Both the position numbers and the translations under genes were made by a program. From Spirochaetia bacterium (GTDB taxonomy: Bacteria; Spirochaetota; Spirochaetia; Treponematales; Treponemataceae), in assembly GCA_900769325.1 (NCBI GenBank), contig CAAGGF010000077.1, forward strand, positions 43,281-107,280: 64,000 nucleotides of DNA. Reading direction: 5' to 3'. Positions 9,925-20,603 of this stretch are shown here, piece by piece (positions within the stretch are counted from its first letter, which is position 1; each line of letters opens with the position of its first letter). The notes below the pieces were generated by a model, which made no database searches, was not told the DNA's origin, and worked only from the letters and a program-made list of their open reading frames with translations.

Positions 9925-10898
9925 TTTACCCTCGGCATTACTTCTTTCGGATATTTTTTCTTTAACTTTTTTAAAACTTCATAAAAACGGGACGGAATTT
10001 GGGATTTAAAACAGTGATATTTTTCTTTTCCAGGAAGCTTTATCACAAGTTTTCTTGAATGAAGCATTAAAGGCACATCCGGAAAATTTTCATCAGGTTT
10101 TGAATAAATTTTATCGCCTAAAATCTGACAGCCTAAATATTTCATGTGAACCCTTATTTGATGCGTGCGGCCTGTTTTTATTCTTACGCGTACAACAGAA
10201 TACGGACCGTAACAGGAAATGCAGTGATAAATTGACCTTGCAAATTTTCCCTCAGTCGTATCTTTTAAAGCCTTAAACCTTTTTCTGTTTTTACTGTCGC
10301 GGACAATTTGAGTTCTTACATCTCCGCTTGATGCAGGCGGCCGGCCTTTGCAGATTAGAATATATTCTTTTTGAACAAGCCTTTCTTTAAATTGAAAAGA
10401 CAAATATTCTTCGGTTTCGCGGTTTTTTGCCGTAATTATAATTCCTGATGTATCTTTATCAAGTCGGTGAACGATTCCAGGTCTGCGGGATTTTAAAATT
10501 TCATTTTGCGAAACATCTTTTTTTTGCGGAACAGCTTCTTTTTTCCAGTGATAAAGAAGTGCATTTACAAGCGTTTTTGACCAGTTTCCAAGAGCCGGAT
10601 GAGTTACCATGCCGGAAACTTTATTGACAACAGTTACATTTTCATCTTCATAAATTATTTTAAGCGGAATATTTTCAGGTTCAATATCTGTAGGAATATT
10701 ATCTTCCCAGAGAATTTCAATTATATCACCTTTTTTGACTTTTGAAGAAAGTTTTGCGTTTTTTCCATTTAAAAGAATTTCTTGTGCAGTCGCTTTCAAT
10801 TTTGACCTGTTCATTCCTTGAGGAATTGAAGCGATATACTGGTCAAGGCGGATAGTTTCACAGGAAATTTCAGGGACTTTTACAAAAATTGAAGGCAT
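9912..10898 (-). CDS. rluD: RluD-like 23S rRNA pseudouridine synthase
   Basis: S4 domain (RLDQYI...RS), RPGIVHRLDKDTSG, TGRTHQIRVH, GDKIY. Confidence 0.85.
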   Translation of the reverse strand: MPSIFVKVPEISCETIRLDQYIASIPQGMNRSKLKATAQEILLNGKNAKLSSKVKKGDIIEILWEDNIPTDIEPENIPLKIIYEDENVTVVNKVSGMVTHPALGNWSKTLVNALLYHWKKEAVPQKKDVSQNEILKSRRPGIVHRLDKDTSGIIITAKNRETEEYLSFQFKERLVQKEYILICKGRPPASSGDVRTQIVRDSKNRKRFKALKDTTEGKFARSIYHCISCYGPYSVVRVRIKTGRTHQIRVHMKYLGCQILGDKIYSKPDENFPDVPLMLHSRKLVIKLPGKEKYHCFKSQIPSRFYEVLKKLKKKYPKEVMPRVKCIK

Positions 10899-10899
10899 T

Positions 10900-11487
10900 T
10901 TATTTCACCTTAAGTTTTTTTGCGTTTTTAATATTCTTTTTGGAAGTCTCAGAAGAATTTTCATCAGATTGATTTTCATCGTTTAAAATATTTTCTTCTT
11001 GTAAATCTTCTGTTTGTTGTATAGAAGGAAGTTTTATGGCATCCGGGTCGTTTTTTATGGGATTAATTTTTACAGGATTGTTCGGGTCGTTTATTTTCTT
11101 TTTTGCGTTGTTTCGTTTTACAGAATTTACGATTAAATCTGTTATTCCGATGCAAAGACTTATTCCTAAAGAAGTTAAAATTATTCCGATTTGCTCATCA
11201 GTTGAAAAACTTGAATCTGAAGATTGTGCAAAAGGATTTACAAAATATTGCGGGTCAAAATTATTGAAAGCGAATTTTCCAAGTGAATAACCTAAAGTTG
11301 CGTTAAAAGTGATAAAAGGCATTGCTCCAAGCGTTATAATTTCTGCACGGCGTAAATCATGCAAAAAACCTGGAAATTCATTATCTGAATAAGGTTCTGG
11401 AGTTCTTGATTCTGCGAAAAAAAGATTTTCTGCAAAAAGAGAAAAAATCAAAATAAATGCCGTAATTTTTATCTTTTTTAAACTCAA
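10900..11487 (-). CDS. Hypothetical membrane protein with acidic tail
   Basis: Signal peptide, two hydrophobic segments, translationally coupled to neighbours. Confidence 0.7.
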   Translation of the reverse strand: MSLKKIKITAFILIFSLFAENLFFAESRTPEPYSDNEFPGFLHDLRRAEIITLGAMPFITFNATLGYSLGKFAFNNFDPQYFVNPFAQSSDSSFSTDEQIGIILTSLGISLCIGITDLIVNSVKRNNAKKKINDPNNPVKINPIKNDPDAIKLPSIQQTEDLQEENILNDENQSDENSSETSKKNIKNAKKLKVK

Positions 11488-12191
11488 TTGTAAATCCTTT
11501 CACCGAAAATTGCAGTTCCGATTCTTACTTGAGTTGAACCTTCCTCGATTGCAATTTTAAAATCACCAGACATTCCCATCGAAAGGATTTCAAGCGGAAG
11601 ATTTTTATATTTTTCTTTTAAAATTTGAGAATATTCTTTTAAAGTCCTGAATGATGAACGAATCAGTTTTTCATCAGATGTAAAAGGAGCCATTGTCATA
11701 AAACCTGAAAGAATTAAATGCGGAAGATTCCCGTCAGAACAGAATTTTACGGCTTGTTCAAGGTCGCTGAAAGAGAGAAAACCGGATTTTGATTCTTCTC
11801 CAGTGTGAACTTCAAGAAGAATTTTTATTTTTTTATTGATTTTTGCACACTGTTTTTCTATTTCTTTTAATAGTGAAAGGCTGTCAACCGATTCGATAAA
11901 ATCTGCGTATAAAACGGCATTTTTTACTTTGTTTGACTGAAGGTGCCCGATTAAATGAAGAGAAACCTCAGGGTATTCATTTTTAATCTGCGGGAATTTT
12001 TTTAATATTTCCTGAACTCTGTTTTCACCAAATGAAAGCTGACCTGCTTTAATTGCAGAAATAATTTCTTCCTGTGAATGAAATTTTGAAACTGCAAGAA
12101 GCGAAACAGAATTTTGAGGACGATGGGCTTTTTCTTCCTCTAATCTTATTTGGGCATTTATTTTTTCTAAATTTGATTTTATGTCTTCCAT
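11484..12191 (-). CDS. yggS: PLP homeostasis protein YggS/PLPBP
   Basis: LLAVSK, FGENRVQE, HLIGHLQSNK, LSMGMSGD, GSTQVRIGTAIFG. Confidence 0.95.
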   Translation of the reverse strand: MEDIKSNLEKINAQIRLEEEKAHRPQNSVSLLAVSKFHSQEEIISAIKAGQLSFGENRVQEILKKFPQIKNEYPEVSLHLIGHLQSNKVKNAVLYADFIESVDSLSLLKEIEKQCAKINKKIKILLEVHTGEESKSGFLSFSDLEQAVKFCSDGNLPHLILSGFMTMAPFTSDEKLIRSSFRTLKEYSQILKEKYKNLPLEILSMGMSGDFKIAIEEGSTQVRIGTAIFGERIYN

Positions 12192-12196
12192 ATTTT

Positions 12197-13060
12197 TTAA
12201 ATTATACCGTTATTGATAATATCAGACAACCTTAAAAAATCTTCTATTTTTAATTCTTCGGCACGGCTTGTGAGTTTTAATTCCGATTTTAAAATATATT
12301 CCTCTGCCCTTTTTGAATCTTTTAAAAATCCCGTAAGATTGTTCTTGATGTTTTTTCTGCGTGAGGAAAAAAGAGCTTTTTGAACTTTCATAAAAAGACT
12401 TGGATTTTCACACAACGGAAAACCTTCTTTTTTTGTAAAGACTACAGAACGTGAATCTACATTCGGTTTTGGCCAGAAATTTCCACCAGCTAAATCCATC
12501 AAAAATTCGATATTGTACGCCCACTGACACAAAACTGAAAAAGACGAATAATCCGCACTTTTAGGTTTTGCCATCATACGCATTGCAACTTCTTTTTGAA
12601 CTGTTATAACTCCCCTTTCAAAACGCACATTTTCTTCTATAAAATCTGCAAATAAAGATGCGGCAATATTGTACGGAAGATTTGAAAAAAATCTTGACGG
12701 AAAACCGCTGTTTTTAAAGACTTCTTTCCATGTTTTTAAAACATCTCCTTCGATTATTTGCAACTGGCCTGATTTTATTTCTTCTTGAAAAAAAACTTTC
12801 AAAAGTTGAATAAAACCTTTGTCGATTTCAAAAACTTTTAATTTTGCACCGCGCCTTAAAATTTCACTTGTCATTGCACCAAGACCCGGACCTACTTCCC
12901 AGACAGTTTCTGATGAATCTACAGAAAGGGCATCGATTAATTTGATTCTGGCATTTTCGTTAATTAAAAAATTCTGCCCGAATTTTTTTTGCATTGCCAT
13001 TGAATTGCTTGAAAGAATTTCTTTTAGTACAGATACAGAATTGTAATCCGGCAGGTTCAT
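12197..13060 (-). CDS. rsmA: 16S rRNA dimethyladenosine transferase RsmA/KsgA
   Basis: KKFGQNFL, EVGPGLG, NLPYNI, QKEVA, FWPKPNVDS. Confidence 0.95.
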   Translation of the reverse strand: MNLPDYNSVSVLKEILSSNSMAMQKKFGQNFLINENARIKLIDALSVDSSETVWEVGPGLGAMTSEILRRGAKLKVFEIDKGFIQLLKVFFQEEIKSGQLQIIEGDVLKTWKEVFKNSGFPSRFFSNLPYNIAASLFADFIEENVRFERGVITVQKEVAMRMMAKPKSADYSSFSVLCQWAYNIEFLMDLAGGNFWPKPNVDSRSVVFTKKEGFPLCENPSLFMKVQKALFSSRRKNIKNNLTGFLKDSKRAEEYILKSELKLTSRAEELKIEDFLRLSDIINNGII

Positions 13061-13067
13061 TTTTACC

Positions 13068-14357
13068 TCAATTTATTGAAATAGTTTTGCATTTTGAAAA
13101 CAAGAGAACTAAAAATTCTATCAGATTATATAATATTTTCATAAAAATTGCACTAAAATCAGAAAAAAACGGAAAAATTAAACAGAGAATTATCAAAAAA
13201 ATTCCTGAATAAATAAAAAATGTCACAATCGGAGAAACGATAACAGAAGAAATAATTCCAATCGGAGAAAAAGAGCCGAAAAGAAAAAGGCTTGAAGGCA
13301 TTGTAAAAATCTGTGCAGAAAAACTTGCAGATAAAGAAGAAGAAAGTTTTTCAGGCAATATTTTTATCGTTTTGGAATTTATAAAATCTGAAAGCAGAAG
13401 AATTCCAAAAAGTGCACTGTAAGAAAGAATGAAAGCGGCATTCCTGTAATGTTCAGGAAAAATCATAAGGTGAATTAAAAACGAAAATGAAAGAATTTCT
13501 GTCATTTTTACATTCTTAAAACCTAACCAGTTTAGTATTATTGAACAAAGACTGCACAAAAAAGCCCTGAATAAAGATGGTGAAAGACCTGCGAAAAATA
13601 CAAAAACAGAAATTACAAAAATTTCAATCAAAAAAGAAAGAGCTCTTTTTCCAAAAAAACGCTTATTAAAAAATGATGTAATTTTCCTGAAAAGCATAAG
13701 ATGCATTCCTGAAAGTGCAAGAATATGTGAAAGTCCTGCTTTTCTGAACGCTGAGGAAAGATTTTCGTCCGTATATTCCCTCATTCCCGTGATAAGTGCA
13801 AGTAAAAGAGAACCAGAATCTTTCCAGCTGAATAAAAGCCGTTTTAATTTAAGACGCAAAACTGCACGGAAATATTTTATTTTTCCAAAAAAATCATCAT
13901 TCCATGACGATTTTAAAATTTCGTTTCCTTTGAAAATCAAATTTGAATTGTCTTTTTTTGAAAAAAAATTCCCGCGAACACAAATATCTGCTCCTTCATC
14001 ATAAATAAAACCTTTAGTTTTCTTTGCTGCTGAAAAAAGTTTTCCAGGAAACAACGCTTCAACATCTTTTTCAGGCAAAAACAGTGTAATTTTTCCTTGA
14101 GCAGAAGATTTTTCATTGTTTTTGCCCGTAACGCCTTGTACACAAAAGTCAACGGAATAGCATTTTGATTTTTTTAATTTCACAGGCGATGAACATACAG
14201 TCCCGGAAACTTCACAGATTTTATTTAACGGAAGAAGGCATTTAAAAACATCTGATGATTTTTTTGAAGGCGTAACTAAACCTGAATAAATCAAAAGAGA
14301 AATTATAAATGCCGCATAAATAAAAAGACCTGATTTTAGAAAAAATGATTTTACCAC
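13068..14357 (-). CDS. comEC: ComEC/Rec2-family competence membrane protein (short, no C-terminal nuclease domain)
   Basis: FRKAGLSHILALSGMHL, SPSLFRA, FILSY motifs of the Competence domain. Confidence 0.85.
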   Translation of the reverse strand: MVKSFFLKSGLFIYAAFIISLLIYSGLVTPSKKSSDVFKCLLPLNKICEVSGTVCSSPVKLKKSKCYSVDFCVQGVTGKNNEKSSAQGKITLFLPEKDVEALFPGKLFSAAKKTKGFIYDEGADICVRGNFFSKKDNSNLIFKGNEILKSSWNDDFFGKIKYFRAVLRLKLKRLLFSWKDSGSLLLALITGMREYTDENLSSAFRKAGLSHILALSGMHLMLFRKITSFFNKRFFGKRALSFLIEIFVISVFVFFAGLSPSLFRAFLCSLCSIILNWLGFKNVKMTEILSFSFLIHLMIFPEHYRNAAFILSYSALFGILLLSDFINSKTIKILPEKLSSSLSASFSAQIFTMPSSLFLFGSFSPIGIISSVIVSPIVTFFIYSGIFLIILCLIFPFFSDFSAIFMKILYNLIEFLVLLFSKCKTISIN

Positions 14358-15511
14358 TTCAACCCCGCAAGAGCACTGCGGGCTTTGTTGATAACTTCAT
14401 CAGAATAATCGTAATATGTAACAGACAAAAGAGAATCAAATGCATTTTTATCACCAATTGCTCCGAGTGCAGAAATTAATGCAAGGACAATTTCTTCCTC
14501 GACATCAGCATCATTTTCTTTCTGTCTGTTTAATTCTATAAGATAATCAGAAAAAAGGCTTACAGCTTTTATTGGAACTGTCTCTGAAACTGCTTCTATC
14601 ACAATGCAGAAGTCAGAGGCTTTCATAATTCCGTTTGTGTATTCATTTTTTGCAAGATTGTAAAAATTTAAGATTGTGGAAGAACCTCGTGTCCATTTAC
14701 TTTCTGCAAGAAATTTCATCACATCAACCTGAAGCAAAATCAGCTCGTTCAAGGAAGAATTACCCTCTGTTATATATATACTCGCTGAAAGTATGTTTTC
14801 GGCAATCTGAGAACGAAAAACCTGCGTTTTTTTTTCATTTTGGACAATTGTCTCAAAAATAAAGCGCAAATCGGAAAGATCTCCTGTAGAAATTATGTCT
14901 GTAATGTCTTTAACTGAATTGTCCGAAAGTTTTACGATTGCTTCTTTTAACTCTGGCTTAAAACTTTTCCATGAATCATCGCGGTATTTTTTAAAAAGAA
15001 TTTTAAAAGTTTTTTCGTCTCCGATTTCACCTGAAGCAGAAATGAGGGCTTTGTAAAAATCCTGAGAAAAATTCTGAAAATCGTCAGATAAAAATGAATT
15101 TAATAATTCAACGAAGGCAAAAGAATTTAAAGTTCCTGAAGAAATTTTATTTAAAACAGCAATCCGTACATTTTCATCAGAAAAAGAATTAAAAATATTA
15201 AAGATTTTTTGTGAAAATTCAGATTTTTCAGTTTGGGAAAGAGAATCTGTATAATTAGACGGAACTGAAAGAATGGACAAAAGGCAAAGTGCATCTAAAT
15301 CACGGTCATCTTCAAGAATTGTTTTATTCTGAAGGCAAAAATCGATTGCCATCAATGAAATTTGAACGCTTTCTTCCTGGGAAGCATTCCTTACTGAAGA
15401 AATTTTATCCTGAATATTTCCGCGGATAAACTGCTTTAAATTTTTAGAACTTTGAGAAAAACAAAAACTGTACAAAAAAAATGCTGAAATGAAAATTACG
15501 ATTTTTTTCAT
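14351..15511 (-). CDS. Exported HEAT-repeat-like protein
   Basis: Signal peptide; helical repeats (ENVRIAVL, ALISALGAIGD, EVINKARSAL). Confidence 0.65.
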   Translation of the reverse strand: MKKIVIFISAFFLYSFCFSQSSKNLKQFIRGNIQDKISSVRNASQEESVQISLMAIDFCLQNKTILEDDRDLDALCLLSILSVPSNYTDSLSQTEKSEFSQKIFNIFNSFSDENVRIAVLNKISSGTLNSFAFVELLNSFLSDDFQNFSQDFYKALISASGEIGDEKTFKILFKKYRDDSWKSFKPELKEAIVKLSDNSVKDITDIISTGDLSDLRFIFETIVQNEKKTQVFRSQIAENILSASIYITEGNSSLNELILLQVDVMKFLAESKWTRGSSTILNFYNLAKNEYTNGIMKASDFCIVIEAVSETVPIKAVSLFSDYLIELNRQKENDADVEEEIVLALISALGAIGDKNAFDSLLSVTYYDYSDEVINKARSALAGLKW

Positions 15512-16740
15512 AAATCCTCCGGAATTTCTTGAAGTGAAAGGTCTTTTTCATATTCGTTGTCTGAAGATGCTGTTTCCTCTGGAAAATTATCCTGACTTAA
15601 ATCAAAATCCGTTTTTTCATCCAGAGAATTATCCTGAGAATAAAGACTTTCGTCTTGAGATTCTTCCTGTAAAGATGGTGCCGGAGAAGATTCTTCGTCT
15701 TTGTCGACTAAAGCCTGTGCTTCAAAAATGTCTTTTTCGGTTTGAGGAAGAATTTTATATACATAACTTAAAATGTAGTTACGCATCACAGAATCGATGT
15801 GAATACATTCAAAATGAAGCCTGGACTGATTTAAACTCTGATTATATTCTACAGTGCGCACAATTCCGAACATTACGATTAAACGGTTTTCAAGCTGGAA
15901 CTGAATTTTTATCTGAAGATTTGAAAGTCCTTTCCCGGCAATCCTGATTAATGCACCTTTTTCTGAAATATCTTCGATTTTGCATCTGTAACCGCCGCTG
16001 TTTTCTATGGCATTGTAGTCAACAGTTTTTGACCTTATGATATAAAGCATTCCGTTTATGTCGCATTTTGCTCTGATTGCGTTTCTTTTTTGGGTTCTTA
16101 TTAGGTTTGAAGAATGTTTTAAGAAGATTGCTGCTTTTCCAAGAAAAATACCGCAGCCCTGAACGCTTGTATCAAAAACATAACGGGCATCTTCTTTTCG
16201 CCAGAGATAGACGCTAACAGACTGATTTACCCAATCTTTTCCTTCTACGATAATCTGATCTTTTTGAGTCGGAAGTTTTATAATCAAATCGTGTCCGTTG
16301 CTTAAAATTTCTGAATAAAAAACGCCTTTTCCCGGCAAAATAATCCTTAATTTTTGCCCTGCATCAAGCGATTTTGTAGATTCAAGACCGCGTTTTTTAT
16401 CTTCTACGCTGTCAATTTTTGCTTTAAAATCGTATAATTTTGAAAGAATTTTTTGCGTGTTTGAATAATTTATGGTGTCGTCAACTTCCGCAGAATTTTT
16501 GATGTCGGAAATACATTGTGTAAGGACATCAGCCGAAAGATAAATAGAAACTGGGTTTGAAAGTTCACATCGTTTTGCTGTAGTCCACAGAAGTTTAATT
16601 TCTGAAAGGCTAAAGCCGAAATCCATTCCTTTTAAAATAAATTCGATTTGGCGGTGAAAAATATGAGAAAGTTTAAAAAGACCAAAAAAAATTGCACATA
16701 AAATCAGAAAACCAACGATAAACCACATATTAACAATCAA
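15508..16740 (-). CDS. Membrane-anchored PilZ-domain protein (YcgR-like c-di-GMP receptor)
   Basis: N-terminal TM; RxxxR (RNAIR) and DxSxxG (DISEKG); acidic C-terminal tail; start may be ATG at 16728. Confidence 0.85.
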   Translation of the reverse strand: MIVNMWFIVGFLILCAIFFGLFKLSHIFHRQIEFILKGMDFGFSLSEIKLLWTTAKRCELSNPVSIYLSADVLTQCISDIKNSAEVDDTINYSNTQKILSKLYDFKAKIDSVEDKKRGLESTKSLDAGQKLRIILPGKGVFYSEILSNGHDLIIKLPTQKDQIIVEGKDWVNQSVSVYLWRKEDARYVFDTSVQGCGIFLGKAAIFLKHSSNLIRTQKRNAIRAKCDINGMLYIIRSKTVDYNAIENSGGYRCKIEDISEKGALIRIAGKGLSNLQIKIQFQLENRLIVMFGIVRTVEYNQSLNQSRLHFECIHIDSVMRNYILSYVYKILPQTEKDIFEAQALVDKDEESSPAPSLQEESQDESLYSQDNSLDEKTDFDLSQDNFPEETASSDNEYEKDLSLQEIPEDL

Positions 16741-16772
16741 CCTAAAATATACTATTATTTTATCATCATTTT

Positions 16773-17432
16773 ATGAAAAATCACAGTCTTTTAATAAATT
16801 TAATTATATTTTTTTTAGTTTTATTCTTTTTTGTGATTCCGCCGGCATTTTTTCCTTCTAAAGCGGTTGAAACAATTTCTTTTCCAATTACAAATCTTGT
16901 TCTTTTTTTGTTTTCGATTTTTCTGTTTTATTTTACATCAGGAAAAGAAAAAGATTTTAAAAATCCAAAAAAAAATAAAGGCCGACTTTTTAAATTGATT
17001 TTAAATGCAGCTCTTTGTTTTGCATCTCTTTTTGCACTTGGAATGATTTTTAATTTCCTTTCCTTTCAATTTTCACAAAAAAAAGCAGGAATCTGTCTTC
17101 CAGAAACAAAAAAAGAATTTTTTTACATTACCCTATCTTTTTTATTTTCTGCATTTTACGAGGAAATTTTATACAGACTTTACATTCCGGAACAAATTAA
17201 AACTTTTTTTCACGGAACAAAAAAGTACATCACAGTTTTTTTAATTTCAGAAATTCCGTCTTTGCTTTTTTTTGCACTCGCTCACAAATACAACGGAATT
17301 TTTGCTGTCCTTAATGCAGGTTTTGCATACATAATTTTAAGATTTTTCTATAAAAAAACAGATAATATTTTTGTAAATGTCGCATCTCATTTTTTTTACA
17401 ATCTTACGATGCTTTTTCTTAGCTTGATTTAA
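16773..17432 (+). CDS. CPBP (type II CAAX) intramembrane metalloprotease
   Basis: EExxxR (EEILYR), FxxxH (FALAH), HxxxN (HFFYN). Confidence 0.85.
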   Translation: MKNHSLLINLIIFFLVLFFFVIPPAFFPSKAVETISFPITNLVLFLFSIFLFYFTSGKEKDFKNPKKNKGRLFKLILNAALCFASLFALGMIFNFLSFQFSQKKAGICLPETKKEFFYITLSFLFSAFYEEILYRLYIPEQIKTFFHGTKKYITVFLISEIPSLLFFALAHKYNGIFAVLNAGFAYIILRFFYKKTDNIFVNVASHFFYNLTMLFLSLI

Positions 17433-17434
17433 GT

Positions 17435-18325
17435 TCAGGTTAAAAGTTGCAAAACTGTTTCAAAAGTCCAGTTTGAAATTAAAACGGAATAATTGTAATC
17501 ATCATTTTTTTCACCTGTAATGTATTCAACGGAATAATCGGTTTTTGAATAAGGCTTTATTAAAACTGAAAAAATTTCACCGCCTGAAAGTTCAACTTTA
17601 AAAGAGATAACGCAATTGTTATTATTTTTTGCATTTAAAACCTGTCCGTGGCGTAAATCAGAAAGTTTTGAAATTATTTCAGTTTCAGTTCCGTTAAGAT
17701 TTTTTTTCTTTCCAGGAAAAATATTGTAAGTTTGTGAATTATAGGAAACTTCAAGCCTCTCTATTTCAAAAGGTGATGGCGTAAACGATTTTGGAATAAG
17801 GTACGGGTCAATCCAGAATCTTATTTCCGTGTGAAAAATTTCGTCGATGTTAAAATCAGTCTTTAAAATCTTTTTCTCTAATGACTTGTCGTTGAATTCT
17901 TTAAAAAATACAAAACGGTTGAGTCCTGAAAAATCGGAATTTCCAAATAAAAATTCATTTCTAGTTCCGTCTGAATTTAAAATTTTTATGCAGTACGAAA
18001 GATTTTCATCGATTCCGAAAACAGATTTTTCATTTTTTTCAGAATCGTAAATTTCAGTTGCAGTTCTTTTTGAAGAAAATTTTTCCAAAACATTTTCAAT
18101 AATTTTAGTTTCTATGGGAAAAATTGTGTAATCGCTTACGCCTTTAAAAACGCCGGAAGAATCGAAAATTGTTAATGAAGATTTTCCGCGCACAATTTCA
18201 ATTTCAGAAATCTCTTTCGATGAAAAAGAAAATTTCTTTTCATTCTGTTTTGAAAAATCGACAAAACTTAATGCGTAAAATAAAATAAGAAAAAAAGCTA
18301 AAGCCGGAAGAATAAATTTTTTCAT
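17435..18325 (-). CDS. DUF4340-like exported protein of Gld-type ABC module
   Basis: N-terminal TM, FGID...FLFGN pattern, position downstream of GldF/G-like gene. Confidence 0.6.
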   Translation of the reverse strand: MKKFILPALAFFLILFYALSFVDFSKQNEKKFSFSSKEISEIEIVRGKSSLTIFDSSGVFKGVSDYTIFPIETKIIENVLEKFSSKRTATEIYDSEKNEKSVFGIDENLSYCIKILNSDGTRNEFLFGNSDFSGLNRFVFFKEFNDKSLEKKILKTDFNIDEIFHTEIRFWIDPYLIPKSFTPSPFEIERLEVSYNSQTYNIFPGKKKNLNGTETEIISKLSDLRHGQVLNAKNNNNCVISFKVELSGGEIFSVLIKPYSKTDYSVEYITGEKNDDYNYSVLISNWTFETVLQLLT

Positions 18326-18329
18326 CTTT

Positions 18330-20603
18330 TTAAAAATCTCCGTAAAATTTTATGATTTTCCGCCTGATTTTCTTTGAAACGAAAAATAAAACTATAAACA
18401 TAACAGGAATCAGCAAAAACGAATAAAAAAGAATGATATTTTTCGCACGGATAAAATCAGATTCGTCCTTGACTTTATAAAAACTCTGAAGATTTGGCGA
18501 AAAAGATTTTTCTTTTAAAGATGCAATTTCTTCTTCGCCGTTTAATTTTAAAAGCGAAGTCAGCATAAAATCGAGGTTTCTAAGCGGATTTGAATCGTTT
18601 CCGATGTAGCCCAGCATTAAATCTGCACAAAAAAGAGGATCTGTAACAAGCAGAAACTGAACAAAAGATTCTTCTTTTTTGGAATAAAGAGGCTTTACAT
18701 TCCCTGAAAAAAATGCTGCAACTGGAAAATTTTTCTGAAGCGATTTTTTGGGATTAAAACCGTTTTCCTCAAGTTTAAAGGCGTTTACTTCAAAAAGATT
18801 TTCAGGATTTTCAAAATCTGCATCTACTAAATAACTTAAATTGCTTGAATACAAAAGAGGAAAAGCATTTTCAGGCAAAGTCAACGCAGCAGGCCAGAAA
18901 AGCGTGAGCCCTGAAAGAGCATTCTCCTGCGGAAGAATTTCAAGCCAGAACGGATAATTTAACTGCTTTATGTAATTTTGTGCAGGCGAACCGTCTAAAT
19001 TTGTATAACTTTGCATAGTAATTCTAGCACACGAAACATCATTTAAAAGTGCAGAAGAAAAATAAAGTCCGTAAGATTCAATCATATCAGTTAAATTTTT
19101 TGATTTTACCTCAGAAATATGCCAGTCGTTTTCAAAATCAACATTATACGGATTTAAAGCGAAAAAAACTTTGTTTCCGTCTGAAAGATATGATTCAATG
19201 TCGCGGCAATTTTTTTGTGAAAAATTTTCTTCACCCAGAACTAAAGTTAAAGGCGATTTTGAAAGATTTTCGTAAAAATTTTCATCTGCAGGCGAAATAT
19301 TTTTTACAGTAAAATCGTTTTCTTCAAGAAAAGAATTTAAATACGAATAATATTCAAAAAAATCAAAAGGAAGAGCCTGTACAATATTCAAAACACGCTC
19401 TTTTTTATGTGAAAGTTCAAGGATTTTCAGCATAAGATTGTATTCCAAATCTTCACTAGTAAAAACAAATGGAATGATTTTCCAATTTCCACCTTTTTCA
19501 ATTACAAGCGAAGAATAAACATCGATAAATTCTGTTTTGTTGTGAGTTTTTCTTTGAATCTGACGCGGATAAATCCCATAACTTTTTAATAGCGAATCCT
19601 GTTTTGTTTCGTCAGGAAAAATGATTTTTAAGTTTATGTTTTTATTCCGTGAAAATTCAACAAGAAAATCTTCGATTCTTTTAAAATCCGGGTACAAAGA
19701 TTTTAAAACTGGAGAAATAAAATATGAAATTTCGATTTTTTCGGTGAACGAATTTAAGACTTCTTTTGAATATTCTGATACTGTATATTTTTTTTGACTT
19801 GTCAAATCTTTTCTTACATAATATCTTGTCGAATTTAAAAAGCCGAAAATTAAAATCAGAAAAATAAAGACAAACTGCACTTTTGATTCTTTAAAAAAAA
19901 CTTTTCCGCATTTTTTAAGTTTTGAAAAAAGTGCAAGAAGAATGAAAAATAAAGTCAAAAACAGAAAATAAAAGACATCACGCGAATCTAAAATTCCCTT
20001 GGAAGCAGAATCAAAGTGCCATGAAAAACTAAGGAATTTAAAAAACGAAGACAAAAAATTATTCTGCAGAAAAGAAAGTGCAAAAATGTATGAAAAATTT
20101 ATAACAAAAAGAAAAACAACTGAAAGAATCAGAGCCTGAAGTGATTTTTCAAAAAGTTCAAAAATGAAAATTGAAAACGAAACTGCAAGGGAAAAATATA
20201 AAAAAATGAAAAAGAATCCTGAAAAATACTGTGCAAAATCGACAGAACCAAACTGAAGCAAAAAAAGCGGAAAAATTAAAAGCGGACTTGATGCAACAAA
20301 AAGTTCAGTGAGAATTGAAAAAAATGATGAAAGAATTTTTTCCCCTTGTGAAAACGGAAGCGACAGGTCTTTTTCTGAATAAGAATCGAATGTAAAAAGA
20401 GGAATTAAAATCACTGAAAAATACGAAATGAAATTAAAAAGAAGCGACAGATCCGTTGAGCCGTTTTGGGTGAAAAAATTTCCTGAAATAAAAAATCCTG
20501 AAAAACAAAAGATATTCAAAACCAAACTAGTCAGGTAAAAAAAGGGATTTATAAATGCCCTGTAAACTAAATATTTAAAATATGAAAAATTCATAAAAAT
20601 CAC
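18330..20603 (-). CDS. Fused GldF-like permease / GldG-like periplasmic domain
   Basis: N-terminal multi-TM region with HF...KGILDSRD..YF; DLTSQKKYTVS; EYNL; C-terminal TM. Confidence 0.75.
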   Translation of the reverse strand: MIFMNFSYFKYLVYRAFINPFFYLTSLVLNIFCFSGFFISGNFFTQNGSTDLSLLFNFISYFSVILIPLFTFDSYSEKDLSLPFSQGEKILSSFFSILTELFVASSPLLIFPLFLLQFGSVDFAQYFSGFFFIFLYFSLAVSFSIFIFELFEKSLQALILSVVFLFVINFSYIFALSFLQNNFLSSFFKFLSFSWHFDSASKGILDSRDVFYFLFLTLFFILLALFSKLKKCGKVFFKESKVQFVFIFLILIFGFLNSTRYYVRKDLTSQKKYTVSEYSKEVLNSFTEKIEISYFISPVLKSLYPDFKRIEDFLVEFSRNKNINLKIIFPDETKQDSLLKSYGIYPRQIQRKTHNKTEFIDVYSSLVIEKGGNWKIIPFVFTSEDLEYNLMLKILELSHKKERVLNIVQALPFDFFEYYSYLNSFLEENDFTVKNISPADENFYENLSKSPLTLVLGEENFSQKNCRDIESYLSDGNKVFFALNPYNVDFENDWHISEVKSKNLTDMIESYGLYFSSALLNDVSCARITMQSYTNLDGSPAQNYIKQLNYPFWLEILPQENALSGLTLFWPAALTLPENAFPLLYSSNLSYLVDADFENPENLFEVNAFKLEENGFNPKKSLQKNFPVAAFFSGNVKPLYSKKEESFVQFLLVTDPLFCADLMLGYIGNDSNPLRNLDFMLTSLLKLNGEEEIASLKEKSFSPNLQSFYKVKDESDFIRAKNIILFYSFLLIPVMFIVLFFVSKKIRRKIIKFYGDF

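Noticed and set aside
15489..15947. 152-aa plus-strand ORF and the other 60-130 aa overlapping ORFs in the track
   Set aside because: Antisense or off-frame shadows of well-supported genes, no SD or domain signatures
16773..17432. Abi anti-phage system
   Set aside because: The Abi label of CPBP proteases does not imply abortive infection; no defence context
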